A stretch of DNA of 30,892 bases from Octopus sinensis (taxonomy: Eukaryota), in NCBI RefSeq assembly GCF_006345805.1, contig NW_021832905.1, positions 1 through 30,892 on the forward strand. The letters run 5' to 3'. Positions 1 to 10,588 of this stretch are shown here, piece by piece (the stretch's first letter is position 1; every line of letters begins with the position of its first letter). The notes under the pieces are model-generated. The model was not told the origin of the DNA and did not search any database. It saw only the letters and a list, made by a program, of their open reading frames with translations. Made by a program: the position numbers and the translations under genes.

Positions 1-276
1 AGCCACCATCACAGTCGTCATCATCTTCATCATCATCCTCATCATTACCACTAATACCAGCTCCACCACCACTATTGTCATCCCACAATTCTCATCTTCA
101 TCTCATTACTATAACACAACTACATCGATGTTGACCTTGCTGTGAATTGAACTCAGGCTACGAAAATCCGGAAGATATAACGTGATACTATTCTTACAAC
201 GCTCAGCCCACTTTGCCAATCCGCATCTTCCCGTATGGTTTAGCGTAGGTGATACCAGCGTAAATGTAGCAGAGGC

Positions 277-961
277 TTAAGTTAAAAGGGTTGTTGCTGC
301 TGGTGTAGGTGCTGTTGTTGTTGCTGTTATTGTGGTAGTTATAATTGTTGTGCTTGCTAAACCCTCGGCCAGTCTTCTTGAAGCAGATATTTTGTCAAAA
401 TCATTCAAATTTAAACATCCTACTCTTTCATTTACATTCTTTTCATGCATTGTATCTTGGACAGCATTATCTAAAGTGACCTTACTTTCTTCAGACATAA
501 GAGGAATATTTTGCTGCGACCATCAGCAGGTCGAGAGACAGCTTAGAGGTTTTTCTATGGCATCTTTAACGGTCGCCATGGCAATAATAGTAATGGAGAG
601 GTTGGTAGGCAGCTGTGTGTGTATCGAAGGGGAGTTTGTCATTGGTGACAAGCTAGTGGCGATGATAGTGAAGATGGTGGTGTGGTGAGAAGGGGAGAGG
701 TGGTGCTGGTGATGGTGGTGGGGGTGATTGTAATGAGGGTAATTCTGATGCCTGTTGTCGTGAAGGATGTGATGATGGTGGTTGTGGTTGTGGTGGTGGT
801 GGTGGTTTGTAGCTATGTTATAGTGATGTGGTGGTAATGAAGCTTTACTTCTATACTATTACTACTACTACTAATACGGCTACAGCTGCTGCTAGTGCTC
901 TTAAAGCTATTTTTCTGGTATTTTTGCCTGCTAGTTTTTATTGCGCGTTTACAAAATTTAG
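277..961 (-). CDS. Candidate terminal coding exon of an unidentified Ser/His/Thr-rich protein (needs one frameshift and one in-frame TGA explained)
   Basis: Minus-strand acceptor tcttttttttaactcattaatAG at 963-962 opens KFCKRAIKTSRQKYQKNSFKSTSSSCSRISSSSNSIEVKLHYHH. A 1-nt shift joins a frame open from 855 to 526 (HHYNIATNHHHHH...MATVKDAIEKPLSCLSTC), then TGA at 525-523, then open to TAA at 279-277. The other frames have multiple stops. Much of it is trinucleotide repeat, so this could be chance. Confidence 0.3.
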
Positions 962-1389
962 CTTATTAATGAGTTAAAAAAAAGACTATCGGACCGAGCA
1001 TAAAACTGAAGAATAACGATGCCTCCTGCTAGAGAGAGCACTTCTTTCGATAAACCAAAAAAAAAAAGAAAAAAACACTATGAAAGCAATGACGTCATTG
1101 GAACTGGATACAAATATATAAATAAATAGATATATAAATAAATAAATATATAAATACATAAATATATGAGAGGAAAATAAGCTATGTTAAATTGGAGTCA
1201 AGGACATTTCGATATCAAAATTATCCTCATCGATATTGCAGTAATGGAATTAATTTCCTTTCGTTACAAACTACAAAACAACACAAAGAAAAATAGATTA
1301 AAAAGACAAAAACAAAATGGAAGTTGATTGAGAATTAGTTATGTTGTTACATTGCTGTTTCAAAATCAATTTCAATGTACTTATTGATT

Positions 1390-1407
1390 ATAATATATAT
1401 ATATATA

Positions 1408-1443
<36 letters not shown>

Positions 1444-1523
1444 TATGTATGCATGTATTTGTGTGAGGGATGTGGATATACAAACATGTATATGAATATG
1501 TATGTAAGTATGTGTGTGGATAT
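1390..1523. repeat. (TA)n / (TATG)n microsatellite at the 5' flank of the PLE
   Basis: Direct inspection. Confidence 0.95.
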
Positions 1524-1532
1524 ATCCACCTC

Positions 1533-3690
1533 CCCCTCTCCGCCGCTGAGCGCTCCCTCCTCAGTAAAGGTCTCCGCTTCACGCCACTCACGCGCCCACT
1601 GTGATGAGTTCGAGACTCGGGCGGACGTCAACCTGTTCCTGCGCGCCCTCAAACTTCGCGCATACTACCACGCGTCCCCGCAGCGTCGTCAAAACAATCA
1701 GGATTGCTTTTTGGAGCTGGGGCGTCGTCCAACCATCTGGACGCCGCCCCCAGGCCTTTTCAGTAGCCTAGATTCGTTTGTACATGACTGCAACGCTTTG
1801 GTCCACCGTTTCAACTTTGAACCAAGACCCCGCCGAGCCAACCTCACTCGGCCCGAATCCATTGCCCTTCGCCACCTCCGCCGTCGTGATGACATTGTCA
1901 TCAAACCGGCGGACAAAGGCGGGGCAGTGGTAGTGTGGCGCGCGGACCTATACAGGGAGGAAGCGCTCAAACCAGCTTCAAAATCCACTCTTCTATCGCC
2001 TCCTCCCCTCCGATCCCACTCCTCCTACCAACAACGAGTGTCCTCCACCATCCACGACCTCATCTCCTCCTCCGCTCTCCCCCTCACCGCCACCAACCTC
2101 ATCGTCCGCACACCCCGCACCTCCACCATCTATCCTTCCCAAGATCCATAAACCCTCTAATCCTGGCCGTCCCATAGTCTCTGCCTGTAATTGCCCCACT
2201 GAACTCATCTCCCTATACCTCGACCGCATCCTGTCCCCCTAGTCGCAGCCCTCCCATCCCACATACACGACACCAACCACGCCCTCCGTCTCTTCAATTC
2301 CTTTTCCTTCCCTTCCAGCCCCTCACACCTCCTCTTCACTTTAGATGTAAAATCCTGTACACAGTGATTCCCCACAATGACGGTCTCTAGCCCTCCAACA
2401 CTTCCTCGACCGTCGTCCCGACCCCACCCCAGCACCCCCACCCCTTCCCGTTTGGCCGAGCTCGTCCTCACCCTCAATTGCTTCACGTTCGCCGGGGAAA
2501 CGTACCAACAGGTGTCCGGGGTCGCGATGGGAACTAGGATGGGCCCAATTTCGCCAGTCTCTTTCTTGGCTACATTGAGGCCCAAGTGTTCTCCCAGTTC
2601 TCTGGGCCGACCCCCGAACTATACGGTCGCTATATCGACGACTGCGTAGGTGCCACCTCCCTTTCCCGTGAACTTCTCTGCCAATTCATCTCTTTCCTTT
2701 CCAACTTTCACCCCTCCCTTCAATTCACCTCCACCATCTCCAACACCTCTGTCAACTTCCTTGACATCTCTCTCCGCATCGATCACCCCTCCAGATCTCT
2801 CACCACCACCGCCTTTTTAAACCTACGGATTCCCACCTCTATCTCAACTTCTCTTCCTCCCACCCCTTCCACACCAAACGAGCCATCCCCTACTCCCAGT
2901 TCCTCTCCGCCTCCGACGTTTGTGCAGCCGCGACCAGGATTTCGAGACCCAATCTCAATACCTGGCCCGCATGTTCAGACTCCGAGGTTACCCACCCATA
3001 CTCCTCTCTGATGCCCTCACCCGCGCCGTCGCATCGACCGCACTACCGCCCTGTCTCCTTCCCCCGCCACCCCCAACCGCACCCCCTTCCCCCTCCTTTC
3101 CACCCCTCTACCTACCCCTTCGTCGCAAGATACTACGTGCCTTCCGTCGCCTCCAGCTTGATCCCACCACCCGCCCCATTTTCCCTAACCTACCCCTGTC
3201 CTCTTTCAAACGAGCCCGCAATCTGCGTGACCTCCTGGTCCACAGCACCCTCTCTCCTTCCCCCTCAGCCCACACGGATCATTCCCTTGCTCTAGATCCC
3301 GCTGCAACACTTGCCCTTAATCACCACACACACCACCACCGGCTCCACCCACCACTGCACACTGTACGCATTAGGCACTCTTTTACGTGCACCTCGTCTG
3401 GCCTTATTTACTGCATTAAATGCAACCTATGCGGGATGCTGTATGTAGGACAGACGGGACGCCGGTTGTCCGACCGTTTCACTGAGCACTTAAGGGGCGT
3501 TCGCCTACACTCTCTTTCTCCCGTCGCACGCCACTTCCGTTCGGCCGGCCATTCCCTAGATGACATCTCAGTGTTTGGTCTCGCCCCCCACCAAGGTCGC
3601 CCACTTTCCAGGCTCCACTTGGAGCAACGCTACATCTTCACCCTACAAACTACCACCCCACACGGACTTAACACAGCCCCCCTCTTGAGA
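1533..3690 (+). pseudogene. PLE reverse transcriptase + GIY-YIG endonuclease ORF, split by >10 single-base frameshifts in this assembly
   Basis: Stitched translation: LSAAERSLLSKGLRFTP...IVIKPADKGGAVVVWRADLY...PKIHKPSNPGRPIVSACNCPTE...FTLDVKSLYT (D at 2344)...YQQVSGVAMGTRMGP...YGRYIDD (2631-2642)...NFHPSLQFT...VNFLDISL...KPTDSHLYL...SSHP...IPYSQFLRLRRLCS...RGYP...CSRSRCNTCP (3288-3317)...FTCTSSGLIYCIKC..CGMLYVGQTGRRLSDRFTEH...VARHF...RLHLEQRYIFTLQTTTPHGLN. These are standard PLE RT and GIY-YIG motifs; the Cys-rich linker is typical of Neptune-group PLEs. Confidence 0.95.
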
Positions 3691-3713
3691 TTGTTTTTTT
3701 TTTTTTTTTTTTT

Positions 3714-6440
3714 GGCACACCACCCACACACACACACCACCTGCTCCACACGCACACAACCACCCACCTACCTCCACACACACCCAACCACCTACCTCCC
3801 ACACGCCTGTTCACACAACACATACGCAGACCCATTTACGTACATACATTCACACATTTAATCACACACACTTACAGACATACTAACATACAGACACACT
3901 AACATACAAACCAACATGCACATACACACACACATACATACATACGCACACACATACATACTTACACACACACACACACACACACACAGACATACATACA
4001 CACATACACACACACATACATACGCACATACATACACACACACTCACACACACACACACCGCACGTACATACTTCACACACACACATGCAAACATACATG
4101 TAGGCACATACATACATACATGCCCACACATGCACACCCTTACACTGAATGCACACACACATACACCTTTTTGCATCCAGGCAGCCCCCCTCTTTTCTGC
4201 TTCCGGTTTTGGCTGATGGATCCTCGGTTCCCGCGTAGGGGGCGTTCGAGGGCCTTTGCGCTCGCGCGCCTTGGCGCGCGCTGGGGGCTTGGTCGGCCCC
4301 TTGGGCTTGCGTTGTACTGCTTGTGCGTTGTGTGCGTGAGCGCGCTTCGTGCGTGTGGGCTTGCTTCGGATGTGTGCGCGTACGTATGTATGCATACATA
4401 CCCACACACTCGCATGCATCCCTACCCACATACATACACGCACACCTACTCACACACACACATACACACACATACTGCACACACACACACATACATACAT
4501 ACACATACATACCTACTTCAGACATACACACACACAGACATACACCCATACACTCACACTCACACGCATACACCACACACATACACACGCACACGTACAC
4601 ATACCACACACACACACACACCTACATACATACATTACACTTGTATACACACACACTTACATTCATACACACACACACCTACACAGCCATACCCTCACTC
4701 AGACACACACATCCACCTACACACACACAAACACACATACATCTACACACACACGCCTACACACATACATACACACATACATAAACACACACACATATAC
4801 ATATACACACATACGCACACACACATATACTTATACACATGCACACACACACACACATACATACATACACCCATATACATACATACACACATACCCACAT
4901 ACTCCTATACGCACATACATACACAAAGACATACACACTTACACACTCACACAAACATACACACACACATACTTACACACACACTCACCTGCACGCGCAC
5001 ACACATGCATGACAAACACCCATACACTCACACTCACATACGCACACACCAACATAAACACGCACACGCACACACACACCTACACTCCCGCACACATACA
5101 CACGCACCTACATACACACACGCACGCATACACACGCACACACACATACATTACACACGTACACACACACCCACATACACATGCATACACACACACACAC
5201 AAACATGCACGGACACACCCAGACATACACACATACACCTATATACACACGCCCACACACCTACATACACACACATATACACACGCCCACACACCTACAT
5301 ACACACACATACATACACACACATACACGGACACACCCACACATACTTACATACATACACCTATACACACACGCCTACACACCTACATACACACACATGC
5401 ATACACACCACACACATGTACGCACATACACAAATATACGCACATACATATATACCCACACACATGCACACACACACACACATACGCACATGCATGCATG
5501 CATGCACACGCGCACACCTACACGCATACACACACACACACGCACGTACACATACATACATACACACACGCATACATACACCCATACACATACATGCATC
5601 CGACACACACATACATACACACTCACACATACATACAACAACACACACTCACTCACACACCTGTATGTACGCGCACACACATGCACATACACACACTTCC
5701 CACACCCACACGTACATACATACACACTCACAACACATACACACACACACACGGACATACTATTGCACACACATACACATACACACATACTCACATACAT
5801 TCATCGCACACACTGCCACCCAGACATACACACAGACACACTCACACATCCACACACATACATACGTACGCGCATACTCGCAGGCACGCGCACATACGCA
5901 CTTACGCCGGCTCGCGTTGCATACGCGTCGCATACACTCGCCCTTGGACCTGACGAGACCTCCCGCCCGTTCCTGGGACCGTCGCGTGTCGTTGGGTTTT
6001 CCCACGCCTGTCTCCGCGGTACCACTCTTCCATCTTCCCCTCAGCTGGAGTCCTTTTTCCTTAACCCCCCCCCTTTTCGTTACACACGCGCGCACACATA
6101 TACACACCTTGCCTATATATTACATCACTCTTACACACATTCAATCTACTCATTAATACCACCACGACACTGGACACCACACACAACTACTACTCAACAC
6201 ACGCTGGCACGCTACATACGCCCCCCCCCTTCCCCTCCCTCCCTTCCTCCTTTCTTCTTTTTCTACTACTGACCTCCTCCTCTTCCTTCTTTTTCTTGTA
6301 CTGACCTCGTCTCTAGCTGACCACTAGTCTCGCCCTACCTCACACGCCTACACACAGACGCACACACTAACACACACATATATTTTTTTTTGTTTTTCAT
6401 CTCGCCTCACACACACAACATACACACACGCACATGCACA
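3714..6440. repeat. Degenerate (CA)n/(TACA)n compound microsatellite with two GC-rich unique islands (~4170-4385 and ~5875-6075)
   Basis: Direct inspection; source of the His/Thr ORF artefacts. Confidence 0.95.
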
Positions 6441-6627
6441 CACTCACACATACACAACATTGTTGGGTTACCAACCTTGTCTCCACTCTTTTGCCTTTTA
6501 AAACCCACTTTGCTTGTTATCGTCAACATCCGCCTTTCACCATGTGCAACTCGTAAACACCAGTCGTTCTTTTTCTCTTTCCCTGTTGCCCCGCTCTGGG
6601 ATCTTTCTTCCTCTCTCTTCCTCTTTA

Positions 6628-6664
6628 TGTTTCCGACGAAGAGCTCCGCTCGAAACGTCATACC
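6628..6664 (+). ncRNA. Minimal type I hammerhead ribozyme motif (PLE-associated), non-canonical U4C core
   Basis: gttt CCGACGA a GAGC tcc GCTC GAAA C GTC atac. Core CYGANGA at 6633-6639; stem II GAGC/GCTC at 6641-6651; GAAA at 6652-6655; palindromic ACGT stem III; predicted cleavage after C6659; stem I gttt/atac has one mismatch. Same layout as the minimal HHRs described in PLEs. Confidence 0.7.
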
Positions 6665-6924
6665 TCCCTGCTTCCATCTCCTGAGCGCCTATTAATAATA
6701 ATACTGTAATTGTTCCGCTTGTTGTTGTTTTTTTGTTTCCCTTTTGGATAAAATTATATATATCATATATAATATATGTTTCTATATGTATATATTTTGA
6801 ATATATACATGCATATGTTTATATATACATAAGCGTATTTATACATATATAAATGTGTGTATATGTATATATATATTTATACATATATATCTATATACAC
6901 ACACTTACATATATATGTGTATAC

Positions 6925-6964
6925 GGCGGTGCCCCAGCATGGCCACAGCTCTGAGCTGAAAACT
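6925..6964 (+). mobile_element. 3' tail fragment of SINE family B
   Basis: ggcggtgccccagcatggccacagctctgagctgaaa matches the tails of the copies at 10303-10776 (-) and 26573-26964 (+). Confidence 0.7.
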
Positions 6965-7007
6965 AATAATATATATATATATAATATATATATATAATAT
7001 AATATAA

Positions 7008-7302
7008 TCGCCTCTACCGTACATAACATATATATTTTGTATTTGTATGACCATTAAGTGTCATGAGTTCATCCCACTTTTGAGGGGGTCGCGTTTTCAT
7101 CTTGCTGGACCCCCGAAAAGGCGACTCTACTCATCAAGCAGGCTGGGTGGTGATGCCAGTTAGGCGCCGGAAACTAAAACATGCAACTGGTTGACCGGTT
7201 TAAAAATGTGTTAGTAATACCAGCGATTATAATTATTTTTATATTTATCGCAATTTGATTGTGATATATATATATATTATATTATATAATATATATATAT
7301 AT

Positions 7303-7361
<59 letters not shown>

Positions 7362-7838
7362 ATATATATATATATATGTATGTATACACACATCTATATT
7401 ATATTATGTTATATTATATTATATATGTATGATTTTCCTATCGATTTGAGGACCCAACGTTATAGCCATTCGGTTACCTTCCCAGATGGTTTGTTTTCAG
7501 CGCTGAAATCTTGTGTAGGACCAACCTCAGTTTTTGGAAATGCTAACAACAGAAAGTGAGTGACAATGTTTGCCGCTTTGCTACAAGCTCAATGAAAACT
7601 CTGCCTCAGAGTTTTCAATCTAAAGGAGTATTCGCCTCTACCGTACATAACATATATATTTTGTATTTGTATGACCATTAAGTGTCATGAGTTCATCCCA
7701 CTTTTGAGGGGTCGCGTTTTCATCTTGCTGGACCCCCGAAAGCGACTCTACTCATCAAGCAGGCTGGGTGGTGATGCCAGTTTAGGCGCCGGAAACTAAA
7801 ACATGCAACTGGTTGTACCGGTTTAAATGTTAGCAGTA

Positions 7839-7880
<42 letters not shown>

Positions 7881-8435
7881 GTGTGTGTGTGTTGTGTGTG
7901 TGTGTGTGTGTGTGTGTGGTGTTGTGTTATGTATATATGTATATGTATATATATAAAATATATATATATATGTATGTATACACACATCTATATTATATTA
8001 TGTTATATTATATTATATATGTATGATTTTCCTATCGATTTGAGGGACCCCAACGTTATAGCCATTCGGTACTTCCCAGATGGTTTGTTTTCAGCGCTGA
8101 AATCTTGTGTAGGACCAACCTCAGTTTTTGGAAATGCTAACAACCAGAAAGTGAGTGAAATGTTTGCCGCTTTGCTACAAGCTCAATGAAAACTCTGCCT
8201 CAGAGTTTTCAATCTAAAGGAGTATTCGCCTCTACCGTACATAACATATATATTTTGTATTTGTATGACCATTAAGTGTCATGAGTTCATCCCACTTTTG
8301 AGGGGTCGCGTTTTCATCTTGCTGGACCCGACGAAAGCGACTCTACTCATCAAGCAGGCTGGGTGGTGATGCCAGTTTAGCGCCGGAAACTAAAACATGC
8401 CAACTGGTTGTACCGGTTTAAATGTTAGCAGTATG
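7008..8435. repeat. Tandem array of a ~600-bp unit (~2.4 copies; tcgcctctaccg at 7008, 7632 and 8226) with internal (TA)n(GT)n
   Basis: Direct alignment; copies differ mainly by 1-2-nt indels. Confidence 0.95.
8095..8150 (+). other. Candidate 56-nt exon inside the tandem unit (xLKSCVGPTSVFGNANNQK); noisy twin at 7501-7555
   Basis: tggtttgttttcAG acceptor and aaa|GTGAGT donor; one open frame; no recognisable homology. Confidence 0.2.
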
Positions 8436-8439
8436 ATAT

Positions 8440-8534
<95 letters not shown>

Positions 8535-10169
8535 ATATATGTATATGTATATATATAAATAGATATATATATGTATATATATGCTTATATGTATATATAT
8601 ATATGCGCATGTATACACATATATATACACATACATATACAAATATATATACATATACATATATATATATTCTAGCAAAAACTGTCCGATGAACGGCAAC
8701 GGGAAACTCAGAGTAACAGGGTTTATTGAATTTTCTGCTACTTTAAATAAAGTATATATATTTATTATGTAGATGTTATATATTTGTATATATATTTATA
8801 TGTAAAGAGCAATACGTGAGTGTGTGTGTGTATGTTTGCGTGCCTGAGTATGTATGTGAGTGTGTATGAATGTTTTTATGCTTGTACATATATATATATA
8901 TGTGTGTATGTGTGTGTGTGTATGTGTGTATGTATGTATGTATGTATGTATTTATGTATATATGTATGTATATATGTATGTATGTATATATGTATGTATA
9001 TATAATGTGCATATGCATGCACACACTCACAAACGCACATATGCATTTCTTCCTATGAATTAATTTTAGTGAAAAATTGAATTTAAATGATTTTACTTCA
9101 TTTTTCATTTCAATAATAATATTTTTTTTTGTATTTTGCTATTTATGTGTTTTTCCCCCTTTCATCGCTCCATTGTATATAATTTAGTTTTTAAAAAAAT
9201 ATTATATTCACTAATGCTACTTTATCTGCAATTATTTCTCTTAAAAGAGTCCTACAAATTTAGTTGTGTTGCCGTTTCGACGTCTTCTATGACGTGTAAT
9301 TATCCGCAGAAAGAATTATATATCGGTTTGAGAAATAATAACAATCACAGATTTTAGCGAAGTGGATGGTTTATGAGATGATAATCGATATGAATTTGTT
9401 GTGCTAAATTTGTCTGTAAAAACAAAATCACTAGTATTCTGAAATATATATGGGAGCTATATTGTACTACTACGATAAAGTGAAACGAAGTCAAAATAGC
9501 AGACATTTTAATGGCTGACAGACAGACGTTACTAAATTCATAATAAATTTTTCTCCGACGTTATTCGAGTGTAGAAAAAGATCGATAAAACAATAAACTC
9601 AGTGTGTGTGTGTGTGTGTGTGTGTGTTTGTGCGTGCGTGCGTGTGTGTTTGGAGTGGTGGGGAGAATAATTATAATGAAATATGATTAAATATTCCTTT
9701 CTAAATTAGAATAATGATTCTAGTTTATATAAGAATAAATCGTTTCATTTCCGTGTAATTCTTATTGGCTGCATTTTGCTTTTTTCGTTTTTTGTTCTAG
9801 TTCTGGGTAGAATTAATTGGCGCTGTATGATGGATTGGTAGAATCTAATAGCGGTCTTTGGTAAGTTTGGCACAAAAATTAACGGTGTCAGACAAAACGT
9901 TACGATATTAAGGAAGGTCACGTTCACATTCAGAGTTCAAATATCACCGGGTTCAATGTTGCTCTTTATCAATCTAGAATCGATAACATAGAATACCATT
10001 GAAGTTCTAGATTGCCGGTTCGCAAACTTTCGTAGCTCGGCGCTCCCTTTCGCTGAATACCATTCCAAAAGTATCCTCTTCCTAATTTTTCCGAAAGAAA
10101 TATAAAAGAAAGATAAAAAAAACAAGATTATTTTAATGAAACATAAGCCCCGTGGTTTATTACTCATTG

Positions 10170-10543
10170 GTGCAGGTACGAACGTATGGTTAAGAAGCTT
10201 GCTTTACACCTGCAATGTTTCAGGTTCAGTCCAATTGTGTGGCAAATAATTTTTACTATATTCCCTGGTCGATCAGACCAGAAGCCCGATATGTATATAA
10301 ATTCTTTTTCTTTTTGTTTTTTTCCTTTATATTTGTTTCAGTTGAATGCGGCCATACTTGAGCACCGCCTTTAGTCGAGCAAATCGACCCCAGGACTTAT
10401 TCGTTGTAAACCTAGTACTTATTCCATCGGTTTCTTTTGTCGAACCGCTAAGTTACAGGGACATAAACACACGAACATCAGTTGTCAAGCGATGGTGGTG
10501 GGGACAAACAAAGACGCACAAACATATAATACCATACATAACA

Positions 10544-10588
<45 letters not shown>

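Larger units (their letters stand above)
1524..6754 (+). mobile_element. Penelope-like retroelement (PLE), Neptune-type, 5'-truncated, with long CA-rich 3' region and terminal hammerhead motif
   Basis: C-rich ~2.2-kb RT/GIY-YIG coding region, followed by T21, CA-rich repeats and a unique 3' end carrying an HHR motif. Flanked by TA-rich microsatellites on both sides. The ORF is certain. That everything to ~6754 is one element is inferred from the HHR and the composition switch. Confidence 0.75.

Noticed and set aside
5950-5995. CTGACGA as a complete second hammerhead
   Set aside because: No GAAA and no stem II/III at the required spacing; kept only as a weak lead
3858-6272. Long ORFs (746, 534, 363 aa etc.) of HT/YI/CV repeats
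   Set aside because: Translations of CA/TA microsatellites, open in several frames on both strands; the same applies to the many YI/CV ORFs across the window
7700-7760. Minus-strand TTGATGAG...GAAAAC as a hammerhead or C/D snoRNA
   Set aside because: C3 absent, stems I/III do not form, and no D box (CTGA) at a suitable distance
8187-8220. Helitron 3' terminus
   Set aside because: No CTRR end ~10-12 nt after the hairpin on either strand and no 5' TC boundary identified
9801-9860. Exon with strong acceptor (tttgttctAG) and donor (GTAAGT)
   Set aside because: Stops in all three frames and adjoins a highly decayed SINE; at most non-coding
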